Source: Candidatus Aenigmatarchaeota archaeon (GTDB lineage: Archaea; Aenigmatarchaeota; Aenigmatarchaeia; CG10238-14; SCSR01). From it: 32,589 nt of DNA. The notes beneath the pieces are model-generated. The model had not been told where the DNA came from. It saw only the letters and a list, made by a program, of their open reading frames with translations, and searched no databases. Location of the stretch: positions 1 through 32,589 of the forward strand of contig JAWBTW010000008.1 of the NCBI GenBank assembly GCA_039000165.1, given 5' to 3'. The translations under genes were made by a program, and so were the position numbers. Below are positions 18,234-28,423 of the stretch, one piece after another (positions within the stretch are counted from its first letter, which is position 1; each line of letters starts with the position of its first letter).

Positions 18234-19841
18234 ATGTCCTGGAAGGAGCAGTACAAAAGAAGAAGAAACGTGAAGCTTTACTTTAAGGATAAGCTTGTTG
18301 ATGTTTTACCTGTCAATGAGATTAACGAGGAAGTAAAGAGCAGAATTAAACCATTTCTTCAAGAGAAAAAAGTATTAACTTTAAGAGTTGAGTTAGAGTT
18401 TTTTATTAAAAATCCCTTCACAGGAAGAGTTTTGCTCAAGGAAGGGAAAAATCATGCAGAAAATTTTGTTAACACGATAAACAAAATAGCAGGAATTAAG
18501 AACATCAATTTGAAAGCACATTTTTTACCTTCTTTCAATTCAAAGAAAGTGGAGGCTTTAGGAAGAATTGAGACAGAAACCTTTAAAGATTTGTTAAAAG
18601 GAGTGAGCGATCTCAATAGACTTTTGTTAGATCACGAGAGTGTAAATTTTTGCCACTATTTCACTTATCAACTTTTTTTAGACAGCAAGAAAATTTTTTC
18701 CGTTTCTTATGTTTCAAAAGATTTTCCCTTAGCTTTGAAGGAAGGATTCAAGTTCAAACAACCTTACAAAGAAGCTTATTCCTTCAAGGATTTTCCGAAG
18801 ATAATTGAGCATTACCAGTTAGTTGGTGATATAGTTGCGAATTATTGTAAAAATTATGGAGTTTCTCTTAAATGCTTAAAGCCAAAAAAGTGGTTCTACT
18901 TCCTGAAAAAACTTTCAGCATCGTTAATTAAAAACGAGGAATGGCAAAAGCTTGATGAAACGTTTGAGTTAGAGGAGTCTGTCACTTTAAGAAACTGGCC
19001 AAGCTTTTACGGGAAAAAACCCATACAAATAGAAAAAAAAGAAGATATAAAGGAGTTAAATCAGCGTCTCCTTGCTTTTGAGATAATAAGAAATTCTCAT
19101 CCAATACACTTTGAGCTTCTTCCAGAAGCTTCTGTTCATCAAGCTCCGATAGATGCGATTAGGGATATAGATCCTTTATCTCTTGAATATCAGGATGTCC
19201 TTAAAATAGTTAACAAGATTCTTGAGTTTGATAAGAGTATAGGTTTAAAAGACGTGATAGTAAGAGCTTCGGGAAGCTCGGTAGGAGGTTACCATCTTTT
19301 TATCCCTTTAATTTATGAGGAAAACCTGATTTCACCTTCTTCCCAGCTTAAGCTTGAAACTTATGAAAGAAGAAAAAGTCCTGGCGAAATCCTTCTCGAT
19401 TCTTTGAGGGAAACAATTCTAACTTATTCCTTACTATCTGCATTAAAAACCAACCTTAAAGTTGGTTTTGATCCCAGAAACTTTTCTGAAAAAGTAGAGA
19501 GCGATGCGATAATAGATACTACTTCAATATGCTTTAACAAAGGTTGGAAAGCTCCAGGAAGTTTGAACTCAAAAATAAAATATGGAGTATGTCGCTACAC
19601 CGAAAAACCTTTTGAGACTTCATGGGAATACTTGTACTTTACTTCTATGGATTACGTTCATGATAATCTTGAAAAAATAGAAGAACCAAAGGTAAGCGAT
19701 AAAGTTAGGAGAGAAAACTTTAAGGTTTTAAGGGACTTTCTTCAGGAAAACAAAGGAGATGAAATAATACTAGAGTATGACAGAAAAAAGAGATACGAAA
19801 CCCATTCTGAAGTGTTGAACCATTTGAGGAAGATGCTTTAA
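18234..19841 (+). CDS. Protein with C-terminal archaeo-eukaryotic primase (AEP)-like domain
   Basis: RDIDP (DxD), ASGSSVGGYHLF (SG..G.H), IID, KAPGSLNSK in AEP order. Confidence 0.65.
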   Translation: MSWKEQYKRRRNVKLYFKDKLVDVLPVNEINEEVKSRIKPFLQEKKVLTLRVELEFFIKNPFTGRVLLKEGKNHAENFVNTINKIAGIKNINLKAHFLPSFNSKKVEALGRIETETFKDLLKGVSDLNRLLLDHESVNFCHYFTYQLFLDSKKIFSVSYVSKDFPLALKEGFKFKQPYKEAYSFKDFPKIIEHYQLVGDIVANYCKNYGVSLKCLKPKKWFYFLKKLSASLIKNEEWQKLDETFELEESVTLRNWPSFYGKKPIQIEKKEDIKELNQRLLAFEIIRNSHPIHFELLPEASVHQAPIDAIRDIDPLSLEYQDVLKIVNKILEFDKSIGLKDVIVRASGSSVGGYHLFIPLIYEENLISPSSQLKLETYERRKSPGEILLDSLRETILTYSLLSALKTNLKVGFDPRNFSEKVESDAIIDTTSICFNKGWKAPGSLNSKIKYGVCRYTEKPFETSWEYLYFTSMDYVHDNLEKIEEPKVSDKVRRENFKVLRDFLQENKGDEIILEYDRKKRYETHSEVLNHLRKML

Positions 19842-20098
19842 ATTTCTCCACCATGATTTAATAGCCAATTTTCTATTGCTTTCTTTATGTCTATTACCAT
19901 TTCTTCCCCGGATGGTAACCTTCTTTTTACAGTTATGGGTATTATCTTGTTTTTAAACTCAAGCTTCGCAATTTCTATAGGATTTGTTTCTTTTTCCACT
20001 TTAACTAAAATCGGAGCTCCAAGGGAGATTTGCAAGGCTCTTGCTCCAAGCAAACGGGCAGCTTCAAATCTTGTTAGTCTGTCTCTAGGCCATATCAA
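19838..20098 (-). CDS. rpoK: RNA polymerase subunit Rpo6 (K)
   Basis: LTRFEAARLLGARALQISLGAP. Confidence 0.96.
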   Translation of the reverse strand: MIWPRDRLTRFEAARLLGARALQISLGAPILVKVEKETNPIEIAKLEFKNKIIPITVKRRLPSGEEMVIDIKKAIENWLLNHGGEI

Positions 20099-20182
20099 AA
20101 TCTCACCATAAAAAAAGTTTTGTCTTCATAGAGGCCCCATATTTTAAATAATTAGGTTTTATGGATTTTTAAACTTTAAAAT

Positions 20183-20377
20183 TTATGGTTTGAAGTGCTT
20201 TATATCCTTAAGCAAGTCTATATGTCCTAAGAAGAGTTGCCTGCAGCAATATCTTTTAAGACCCAAATCGTTTAGCACTTTTTCCCTCTCTTCTCCAGCT
20301 TCTACCCTTTTCTTGTATTCTTCATACAAATGACCAACAACTTTTCCGCAAGTAAAACATCTTACAGGTATTATCAT
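20183..20377 (-). CDS. rpoN: RNA polymerase subunit Rpo10 (N)
   Basis: [12 protein letters not shown]...RYCCR. Confidence 0.97.
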   Translation of the reverse strand: MIIPVRCFTCGKVVGHLYEEYKKRVEAGEEREKVLNDLGLKRYCCRQLFLGHIDLLKDIKHFKP

Positions 20378-20419
20378 GTATAGCACCAATATTTCTTTAA
20401 ATCAATTTATTAATTTAAA

Positions 20420-20827
20420 TCACTTTCGGTTTAATTCCTTCACTGCAATTTTAGCTTTTTCTTTAACCCATTCTTCAAGTTCCGCTTTCTTCAACTCCTT
20501 AAATTTAATCCAGGAAAATTCACTATGCTCTTTGCTAAGCTTTACCCTACCTTTTCTGTATTTGCAAAGGTAATGGATGATTATTCTCCAAACATTGTTT
20601 TTTCTCCCACTCCAAATACCAATAGGTTTTACTATTTCTACCTCGATTCCGGTTTCTTCTTTTATTTCCCTTAGAACAGCTTGGTTCGGGTCTTCGTAAT
20701 TTTCTACTCTACCACCCGGTAAAGTCCAACTAGCTTCTTTTGCAAATTCATCTTTCGTGGCTCTTTTTATAACAAGAAAACTATCTTCCTTGACAACGAC
20801 AGCTGCAGTTCCAACTTGTACTTCCAT
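20420..20827 (-). CDS. NUDIX hydrolase
   Basis: Nudix box GGRVENYEDPNQAVLREIKEETG. Confidence 0.93.
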   Translation of the reverse strand: MEVQVGTAAVVVKEDSFLVIKRATKDEFAKEASWTLPGGRVENYEDPNQAVLREIKEETGIEVEIVKPIGIWSGRKNNVWRIIIHYLCKYRKGRVKLSKEHSEFSWIKFKELKKAELEEWVKEKAKIAVKELNRK

Positions 20828-20858
20828 AATTTAAATTATTGAACTATTCTTAAATGCT

Positions 20859-21281
20859 TTATCTTTTACTTCTTTGCTTATGTCTTCTTGCCCCTTTCTT
20901 ACTTCTTGAAGGTTTTCTCGGTTCCGGCCTTCTTGTGTCTGCAACTAAAAGATTCCTGTCATATTCAAGAAATTTTCTTTTTAATTTTTCATCCTTAAAA
21001 AATTCAACTAAGGCATTGGCAATAGCCATCCTTACAGCATCTGCCTGTCCTGTTGTTCCACCCCCACTAACGTTAACTTCAATGTCAACTTTTTTTGAAG
21101 CTTCTTCAGCAAGAATTAAAGGTTCCATTACTTTCATCCTATTAAGTTCAGTGCCCCAAATTTCTAAAGGTACCGAGTTGATGGTTATCTTTCCACTTCC
21201 TGGTCTAGCTACAGCTCTTGCTACAGAACTTTTCCTTTTACCCAGGCTTATTACAATTTTTGGTTTTTCTTTTTTTACCAT
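20859..21281 (-). CDS. rps9: 30S ribosomal protein uS9
   Basis: GKRKSSVARA, GGGTTGQADA, GARRHKQRSKR. Confidence 0.97.
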   Translation of the reverse strand: MVKKEKPKIVISLGKRKSSVARAVARPGSGKITINSVPLEIWGTELNRMKVMEPLILAEEASKKVDIEVNVSGGGTTGQADAVRMAIANALVEFFKDEKLKRKFLEYDRNLLVADTRRPEPRKPSRSKKGARRHKQRSKR

Positions 21282-21694
21282 CTTTTCTTAGCCCCCAAAG
21301 CTATCGAAAGCTCTTCTAAACTTATGAATTCACATTTAAGCTTACTTGCATCAGCTTCCTTAAATTTCTCAAATTTTTTATCCTTCAACTCTTCTGGTAT
21401 ACCAATAAAAACTTTTAGGTTTTTGAAAGCTTTTCTGCCTTTTGCCCTATCCCAAGGAAGCATTCCTCTTACAGTTCTTCTAAAAATTCCGTCAGGAGTT
21501 CTTGGGAAAAAAGGTCCATGCTTAGGATCTCCCCTTTGAATTTTTTCTAAGTATTTTTTTATCGTATACTTTGGATTTCCAGAAATTACAGCCTTTTCGC
21601 AGTTAACAACAATTATTTTTTCTCCTTCTAAGAGTTTTTTTGCAATTCTTGAAGCAAGCCTTCCAAGGATTTGGTTTTCAGCATCTATCATCAT
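21275..21694 (-). CDS. rpl13: 50S ribosomal protein uL13
   Basis: IDAENQILGRLAS, GPFFPRTPD.IFRRTVRGMLP. Confidence 0.97.
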   Translation of the reverse strand: MMIDAENQILGRLASRIAKKLLEGEKIIVVNCEKAVISGNPKYTIKKYLEKIQRGDPKHGPFFPRTPDGIFRRTVRGMLPWDRAKGRKAFKNLKVFIGIPEELKDKKFEKFKEADASKLKCEFISLEELSIALGAKKRW

Positions 21695-21698
21695 AAAA

Positions 21699-22061
21699 TC
21701 ACGTAAGTATTTTTACTCCACTACCTTTTGGGTTTTCATTAAGCAATTCTTCTATGCTTATGCACTTTCCCCCAGCTTTTTCAATCTTTTCTCTTGCTTT
21801 TAAGCTAAAGCGCCAGGCAGCAACTTTTATTGGTTTTGTTAGTTCACCATAACCTAAAACCACACCAGGAACAATCACACTTTCGTTTTCCTTTGCATGT
21901 CTTTCTATATCAATAACGTTGACTTCAACTTTTTTCCTCCTTGGTTTTTCTAACTTTTCAGCTACGCTAAGCCAAATAGGTGCTTTTAATTCCTTGCTCT
22001 TTTTCTTAAGCTCTTCTATGAGCTTCTTTAAGTAAGGGTTTGTTGGTCCCGTTGGTCTCAT
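21699..22061 (-). CDS. rpl18e: 50S ribosomal protein eL18
   Basis: TNPYL..LI..L, VPG.VLG.G, NPKGSGVKIL. Confidence 0.96.
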   Translation of the reverse strand: MRPTGPTNPYLKKLIEELKKKSKELKAPIWLSVAEKLEKPRRKKVEVNVIDIERHAKENESVIVPGVVLGYGELTKPIKVAAWRFSLKAREKIEKAGGKCISIEELLNENPKGSGVKILT

Positions 22062-22119
22062 TTTCTCACTTTTTAAAAATATTGTATTTTTAGTTTTTTA
22101 TATAAAAGAATTTAAATCT

Positions 22120-23625
22120 TTAAATGAAATTTAAAAGACCAGGTCTAAAGTTGAAAGCTTCACCTTCTCTCATAATTTTAACATTTGAGCCAAACCGTTC
22201 TCTAATCAGTAAAGCATTGTCTAGACTTGAATGAATCGGTAAAACATACTTTGGCCTTATTTCTTTTATCATCCAAACTAAATCGGAATATCCCAAATGA
22301 CCTGAAGCATGAATTCTATGATACTTGAGTTTAAAGTAATTGCACCAGTTTTGTATTTTTTCCTCATCAAGAGTAGATTCCTCATCAAAAGGTTCGGGGT
22401 TATTAACTATCAAAACACTTCCTTCTGGTGGAGAAAAGTCAACAAGCTTGTCAAAGTCGTAAAAGCTTAGGTTTATTATATAATTCTGAGGGTTTTTTCT
22501 TATTTCTTCATCTTTAACCACCACAATCTCCTTGTGCGTGTGAATAGTTCTTTTTGACCTTGTAGAAGAAACTTTTTTATCAAAAACAGGAATTCTTGAT
22601 AAAAGCTCGGGAAACCTTCTTTTTATCAAATTTTTCATATTTTTGTATAAGAGAAACAAGGCATTCTTCGGAGAGGTTATAAACTCTCTTCCTGTTTCTT
22701 CTGCTATTTTCTTGTAAATTAAAAATTCTTCCAGATTTTTTGAAGAAAAATCAATTAAAACTAAACCTTTCGTATTCTTTACAACTTCTTTTGTTTTTTC
22801 TCCTACGTCATATTCTGTAAAGTTTACTTCTTCGTTGATTTTTGTTCCTTCTGTTATGAGAATGTCTGCGTTTTTGGCTTCTTCTACAAATCTTATGCTT
22901 TCTTGTGTTTTGAAACCGTGAAACCTTATATCTCCTGTGTAAGCTATTTTTGCGTCAGAAGTGTAGATTATACAAGCCTTGGCATCAAAAGAGCTATGAT
23001 CTACGGGATAAAGTTCAACTTCCAAATCATCAATTTTAGATTTTGAATGTTTAATAAAATTTCTTTCTATTTCTTCAGGAGGAATTTCGAACTGCATTAT
23101 TACTCTTCGATGGGTAGCTTTTTCTTTGGGTACTTTGTGTGCTTTTCCGAATTCATCTATGGTATAATAGCCTATAGGTATCCACTTATCAAGCTTTCTT
23201 GATTCTTGGTAACTAGTCCACTGCTTTTCTTCTTCCTCTCTTTTAACATCTTCGTAAGCTTTTATTGTGCAATAAGTTTCTCTTGAGCAGTATATAGGTA
23301 TGTTGGGGTCAAGAAAACTGATATCACCAAAATGGTCAAGATGAGAATGAGATAAAATACAAGCGTTTATTAAAGGCTCTTCATGAGGCTTTTTGCCTAT
23401 TTTTTTGAGCATAGCAGGGTTGTATATTCCTTCCAGGTTTGGAAGGATTCCCATGACAAGTCTATCTAACAAGCTTCTTGGCGAGTAAAAAGGGTCTTTA
23501 TAAAACCTTTTTATTTTTCCGAAGGAAGTTCCAAAGTCTAGGAAAACTTTTGTACTTTTATCTTCTATTAAAATTTTGTTTCCACCAACTTCTCCTACTC
23601 CACCGTAAAAAGTTATCGAAGTCAT
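22120..23625 (-). CDS. MBL-fold beta-CASP nuclease, RNase J-like
   Basis: GGVGEVGGN, HSHLDH, VDHS, YTGD, HASGH, PIH. Confidence 0.85.
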   Translation of the reverse strand: MTSITFYGGVGEVGGNKILIEDKSTKVFLDFGTSFGKIKRFYKDPFYSPRSLLDRLVMGILPNLEGIYNPAMLKKIGKKPHEEPLINACILSHSHLDHFGDISFLDPNIPIYCSRETYCTIKAYEDVKREEEEKQWTSYQESRKLDKWIPIGYYTIDEFGKAHKVPKEKATHRRVIMQFEIPPEEIERNFIKHSKSKIDDLEVELYPVDHSSFDAKACIIYTSDAKIAYTGDIRFHGFKTQESIRFVEEAKNADILITEGTKINEEVNFTEYDVGEKTKEVVKNTKGLVLIDFSSKNLEEFLIYKKIAEETGREFITSPKNALFLLYKNMKNLIKRRFPELLSRIPVFDKKVSSTRSKRTIHTHKEIVVVKDEEIRKNPQNYIINLSFYDFDKLVDFSPPEGSVLIVNNPEPFDEESTLDEEKIQNWCNYFKLKYHRIHASGHLGYSDLVWMIKEIRPKYVLPIHSSLDNALLIRERFGSNVKIMREGEAFNFRPGLLNFI

Positions 23626-23780
23626 CAAGTTAAAAAAGAAAGAAAAAGGATTTATGCTTAACTTACATGTTTATTAATCTTAACAGCAGAATTCAGATTT
23701 TCAAAAAAAAATTGAATTACTCTAAGTCGGAAATGTAAAGGATTTAAAGGTGTAGATTGAATTTTAAATTTGGTGATGAA

Positions 23781-24536
23781 ATGGAAAGAATAAAAACCGG
23801 AATTAAAGGTTTTGATGAACTCCTAGGAGGAGGTTTTCCAAAAGGTTCCATAGTTTTAATTACTGGAGTGCCAGGAAGCGGAAAAACGATTTTTTGCCTT
23901 CAAACAGCCAGAAATCTGGCTACTAGCGGAAGGAAGGTTTTGTACATAAGCATAGATGGCGAACTTCCAGAAGATCTTGAAATACAGTGCGAGTTGCTGG
24001 GAATAGATATCAAGCCTTTAATAAAGAAAAAACAGCTAACTTTTGTGAGATTGAAAGAGATGGGTAGTGATTTCAGAAATTCTGTTAAAAAATATGTTAA
24101 GGAAGGTGTTTCGTGCATAATTTTGGATTCTTTATCAGGAGCTTTACCCAGATTCTATAAGCCAGAAGAAATTTCTAAGTATGTTTTATTTGAAGAGACA
24201 ACAATAATGGGGATTTTTGATCCGAATTTTGCTTTGAGAGGTATGATTTCCGATATTTTTGAGTTTTTCAGAAGTTTGAACCTAGATTTAACTCTAGTAG
24301 TTACCGACAGGGTGGAAGGAGAAAGCGGTTTATCAAGAGATAGTATAAGCGAATTTATCGCAGATGCGATAATTGACTTCGAAACTTTAGGAATAGGTGG
24401 AGCTTTTAACAGAAGCTTGAGAATTTTGAAATTAAGAAAGAGTAAGCATTATTGTGAACCTGTAACTTTTGAGATAGGAAAAGGTGGAATAAAAATAACT
24501 GAAAGGAAAATCGAAGAAATTGCAAAAGAATTTTAG
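23781..24536 (+). CDS. KaiC-like (RAD55/RecA-superfamily) single-domain ATPase
   Basis: RIKTGI.GFDELLGGGFP, GVPGSGKT, ILDS, RSLRILKLRKSKH; GGTGA SD before ATG 23781. Confidence 0.9.
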   Translation: MERIKTGIKGFDELLGGGFPKGSIVLITGVPGSGKTIFCLQTARNLATSGRKVLYISIDGELPEDLEIQCELLGIDIKPLIKKKQLTFVRLKEMGSDFRNSVKKYVKEGVSCIILDSLSGALPRFYKPEEISKYVLFEETTIMGIFDPNFALRGMISDIFEFFRSLNLDLTLVVTDRVEGESGLSRDSISEFIADAIIDFETLGIGGAFNRSLRILKLRKSKHYCEPVTFEIGKGGIKITERKIEEIAKEF

Positions 24537-24552
24537 AAGTCGAGATTAATGA

Positions 24553-26166
24553 GTGAAAATAATGGTGGAAGAATTTTGTAATATGGCACTAGAATTGGTA
24601 GAAGGTATAAGTTCTTATTCACAACTGAAAGATCACCAAAGTCGAATGATTGAAAAAATTGTAGAAAAAAGTAAAAAAACTCCTATATACAGAGATAGGA
24701 TTACCGAAATCAAGGATGTTGAAGAGTTACCTGAATTACCACTGACATTCTATGAAGATATAAAAAGAAGGATGGATTTATTTGGTGTGGAGAACTGTCT
24801 TTTAGCACCATACAAAGTAAAAATACAAACAGCTGGCTCAACTGGTATTCCTAAACAATTTTACTACGGTAAACAAGATCTGGAGAAATTTGCTTTTATT
24901 GGGGCAAGATGTGGATATTTTTTTGGTTTAAAAAAAGGTGATATTGGTTGGAGTTTAACTGCACCACCACCTTACATTTCAGGTCTTCTTATATCTCTTG
25001 GTGCAAGAAAAATAGGTTGTAATTTGATAGACACACCAATAACAAGTGGTAAAGAACTTATTAAAGGATTGAAAAAAATATCGAAAGTGAATGGAAGTAT
25101 AAGAGGTATGTATGGTTTTCCTTCTATACTCATTTCAGTTGCTGAAATTTCAAATAACCCAACTAATTTCAAAAATAGGATAAGGGAAAAAATAACAGAG
25201 AAGATAGGCTCAAATTTTCTTTCTCACATATTTTATCTCTTTTATACCAGTGGAATAAATTTTGAGAAAATAAAACACATTATCGAGAATGTAGAAATTG
25301 TTATTTCTGCAGGGGAACCCCTCCCACCGTACAAAGATAAACTTAAATCTTTTTTCACTAATGCCAAACTTTTTGATGCTTATGGAAGTTCAGAATTGGG
25401 AATAGGAATGATAAAATTATTAGAGGATGGTTTTCTTCATCCTATGCTGGATTGGTTCATTCCTGAAATTGCAGATCCTTTAGACATAAGAAGAGTAAAA
25501 GTTCAACCAAATTATGAAATTAAATCGATTCCGTGGTGGGAATGGTATAAAGGATTAAAAGGTGAGCTTATAATCACAAGAGACGGGGAGTGTTTGCCTC
25601 TAATTAGATATCCTACGGGTGATTTGGTTGAAGTGGTTGACCCTGCTAAAAATATAAGTTTAAATATTAATGGTGCTACATTTCAATTTGTTTTACCTGA
25701 AGTTAAAATATTAGGTAGGTCTGTTGAAGTAATCCCACCAGACATATCAGAAGATGAGATGTTGACTTACTCAATTGCAAGAATCTATCCAAGCGAAATA
25801 AAATTAGAAGTGAGTAAAAGTGGAATAGAAGTGTTACACCATAATCTCTTTATTTATTCGCCTTGTAAATCACGGCCTTTTCCTAGATGGAGATTAGAAA
25901 TTATACCTAAAGAAGAGGTTTCAAATAAAGAAGAATTGGAGAAAGAAATAAAAAATAGATTGATAGAAAAAACAGAAATTAAAGAAGCATATGAACCGTT
26001 AAGTCTTAGTTATTCAAAAGAGTTTATAGAAGGACTTTTCGAAGTTAAAATTTTAACTCCAGACGCATATAAAGAAATAGAAAATGAAATCGAAAAAAGA
26101 GTAGCTGAAGGTAAACCTTTAGGTCAACTTAAACCAAAGCACATACATTTTGTGAAAGAGGAGTAA
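24553..26166 (+). CDS. Phenylacetate-CoA ligase / coenzyme F390 synthetase-like adenylating enzyme
   Basis: TAGSTGIPK P-loop, AGEP, YGSSE, PLIRYPTGD, ILGR. Confidence 0.85.
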   Translation: MKIMVEEFCNMALELVEGISSYSQLKDHQSRMIEKIVEKSKKTPIYRDRITEIKDVEELPELPLTFYEDIKRRMDLFGVENCLLAPYKVKIQTAGSTGIPKQFYYGKQDLEKFAFIGARCGYFFGLKKGDIGWSLTAPPPYISGLLISLGARKIGCNLIDTPITSGKELIKGLKKISKVNGSIRGMYGFPSILISVAEISNNPTNFKNRIREKITEKIGSNFLSHIFYLFYTSGINFEKIKHIIENVEIVISAGEPLPPYKDKLKSFFTNAKLFDAYGSSELGIGMIKLLEDGFLHPMLDWFIPEIADPLDIRRVKVQPNYEIKSIPWWEWYKGLKGELIITRDGECLPLIRYPTGDLVEVVDPAKNISLNINGATFQFVLPEVKILGRSVEVIPPDISEDEMLTYSIARIYPSEIKLEVSKSGIEVLHHNLFIYSPCKSRPFPRWRLEIIPKEEVSNKEELEKEIKNRLIEKTEIKEAYEPLSLSYSKEFIEGLFEVKILTPDAYKEIENEIEKRVAEGKPLGQLKPKHIHFVKEE

Positions 26167-26168
26167 GT

Positions 26169-26726
26169 ATGAGCAATAGAGAGGATCTATCTCAACATTT
26201 TATTAAGATGTTAAAAACGGGGCAAATTAAAATAGAAAAAAATGGGAGAATTTTATCTGAAGGTGTGCAAATGATTCTTTTTCCTGCGATAACTCTTGCT
26301 AAACTTTACAAAGATGTCGATCCAAAAATCTTGTACAAAATTGGTCTTTATCAAGCTGAAAAAGCGATAAAACTCCATTCACGCTACTTTGGCTTAGTAC
26401 CCATAAGAGCTGCTATGAAATTTTATAAGGGAATACTTGATAATGTTGTTGACTTTATGATAAAAAGCTGGAGCGTAGATGGTTGGGGAAAAATAATTAT
26501 TGAAAAATTTGATAAGAAAAAAAGAGAAATGATTCTCACAAATTATGTAAATCCCGTAGCAAATTGCTACATCAAGGAATTCGGAAAAGCCAAAAAACCT
26601 ATTGATCATTATTTTGTAGGGTTGTTTGAAGGTGTGATAAGATATGTTTTAAGGAGTGCAGTTTGTAAAGAAATAAAATGTATAGCTTGTGGAGATCCAG
26701 CTTGCGTGTTTGTCATAAAATGGTAA
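26169..26726 (+). CDS. V4R domain protein
   Basis: GWGK, DHYFVGLFEG, EIKCIACGDPACVF. Confidence 0.88.
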   Translation: MSNREDLSQHFIKMLKTGQIKIEKNGRILSEGVQMILFPAITLAKLYKDVDPKILYKIGLYQAEKAIKLHSRYFGLVPIRAAMKFYKGILDNVVDFMIKSWSVDGWGKIIIEKFDKKKREMILTNYVNPVANCYIKEFGKAKKPIDHYFVGLFEGVIRYVLRSAVCKEIKCIACGDPACVFVIKW

Positions 26727-26776
26727 TTTAGCAAGGGTATTAAAAATTTATCCTTTTAAATTATTCTAGTGAGAAA

Positions 26777-27469
26777 ATGAATAAATTTGCTTGGGAATTT
26801 TATGGAATTTCTTATGACAAGATTAAGAACCTACCAGCCTATAGAAAAATGATCGAGGATGTTTATAGGGAGTTGGAAATAAAAGTAGATGGAATTTATC
26901 TTGATGCGGGGTGTGGTACCGGAGAATTGCTGAAAAAAATAATAAGCGAAAAAAATGCTATAGTCTACGGTATAGATTTTTCCCTTTTAATGTTAAAAAG
27001 AGCGTTTAAAAAGTTAGAGAATAGAGAAAATGTATTTCTCGGCTACGAAGATTTGAACAAAAAGCTAAAATTTAAATCAAATTTTTTTGATGGCATAGCT
27101 TGTGTTCATGTATTGTCTTCAATTAAAAATCCTAAATTGTTGCTTCAGGAGTTCTACAGAATTTTAAAGCCTGAAGGAAAATTAGTAGTTTGTGATTTGA
27201 AAAAGAATTTCTCTTACAAACCATTAATAAGTAGTTTTAAAGAGTCTATTCATAATGAGAAATTTAAAGCTTTTGAATTACTTTTTCACGTTCCTATCTT
27301 AGGAACATTTAATATTTTGCAAGATTTGGAAATGAAAAAGAACGGAAAAGATTTTTTCACAAAAGAGATTTTAGAAAACTTATTTAGGGATACAGGTTTT
27401 TCTACTATAACAATTAAAGAAACTTATTCTTCTCAAAGTATCTTAATTTCTGGGAGGAAAGATAAGTAA
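26777..27469 (+). CDS. Class I SAM-dependent methyltransferase
   Basis: LDAGCGTG, GIDFS..ML, FDGI, RILKPEG. Confidence 0.92.
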   Translation: MNKFAWEFYGISYDKIKNLPAYRKMIEDVYRELEIKVDGIYLDAGCGTGELLKKIISEKNAIVYGIDFSLLMLKRAFKKLENRENVFLGYEDLNKKLKFKSNFFDGIACVHVLSSIKNPKLLLQEFYRILKPEGKLVVCDLKKNFSYKPLISSFKESIHNEKFKAFELLFHVPILGTFNILQDLEMKKNGKDFFTKEILENLFRDTGFSTITIKETYSSQSILISGRKDK

Positions 27470-27530
27470 AAAATCGTGTCTACATCTAAAAGGTCGAGCC
27501 CAAATTTAAAAATAAGTTAAGTATAACTTA

Positions 27531-27603
27531 TGCGCCAGCCGGGATTTGAACCCGGGATTTAGGCTTGGGAAGCCCACGTCTTACCAGGCTAGACTACTGG
27601 CGC
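27531..27603 (-). tRNA. tRNA-Gly(CCC)
   Basis: GCGCCAG acceptor stem, UGGGC-UU-CCC-AA-GCCUA anticodon arm. Confidence 0.96.
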
Positions 27604-27652
27604 TTTCTATTAAATTATCCTTGACTTAATTAAATATAAAAGTAAATTCATT

Positions 27653-28075
27653 TTAAACTAAATACTCTCCTGGAATCTTTACCACAATTTTTACACCAGG
27701 CAAAAGCTCATAACTGTCAAAGCATTGGCTTGTTGCATAGAAAATTTCTTCTATTTGGATTTTGGTTATTGGATTATAAAAGATGCTGTAATGATAGCTA
27801 AATTTTGATTTTAGCAAGTGGCATTCCAACCATTCTTCTTCCAATTTTTTAGAAGCATTTCTTACAGAACTTTTGCCCGAATATTTTCTCACTTTATTTT
27901 TCATTTCTTCTCCTGATATTGGCTTGAATTTGATTGAAATTTTAGTAATTTTTATCCCTAGCTTATCAAAAAAATTTTTAGGTGCAACCAAGCTTTTCCC
28001 GTATTCAAGTTTGTTCAAAAGGTAAACTCTTCTAAAATAAAGATAACCTTTAACTACTTCATTAAAAGTTTCCAT
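27653..28075 (-). CDS. Hypothetical protein
   Basis: 140-aa ORF; no family recognised. Confidence 0.65.
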   Translation of the reverse strand: METFNEVVKGYLYFRRVYLLNKLEYGKSLVAPKNFFDKLGIKITKISIKFKPISGEEMKNKVRKYSGKSSVRNASKKLEEEWLECHLLKSKFSYHYSIFYNPITKIQIEEIFYATSQCFDSYELLPGVKIVVKIPGEYLV

Positions 28076-28153
28076 AAATTTTAATTAAGCATTAAAAAGA
28101 TAAAAAATTCGCAAACTAAAAAAAATTAAATTTTTTTCTTTTATTTCTTAATT

Positions 28154-28398
28154 ATGGAAGAATACGAAAGTGAGGAAAAAGCTTTGCTTGCTGCTTGTAA
28201 TTTGCTAGGCCTTTCCCTAGAAGAAGTTAAACAAATTAAACCAAAGATAGTTCATTATTTTTTCCCTGAAGATGCAACTCTGGAAGTTTACAAAGTAGAT
28301 GAAACTTAAGTTTTGGTGTAGGTTTTACAAGACATCACAGGGGTAAAAATTTCTATGGGTTATGGTTAATAGAAGAAGAAAAAGTTGAAAGAATTTAA
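28154..28398 (+). pseudogene. Small hypothetical gene apparently broken by a 1-nt frameshift
   Basis: 51-aa frame (MEEYESEEKALLAAC...YKVDET*) ends at 28309; the -1 frame continues LSFGVGFTRHHRGKNFYGLWLIEEEKVERI* to 28398. Confidence 0.45.
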
Positions 28399-28423
28399 AA
28401 TTTTTCAACTCATTAAATTAAAA

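Noticed and set aside
23640..27603. Integrated element at the tRNA-Gly 3' end
   Set aside because: No integrase and no duplicated tRNA 3' fragment found
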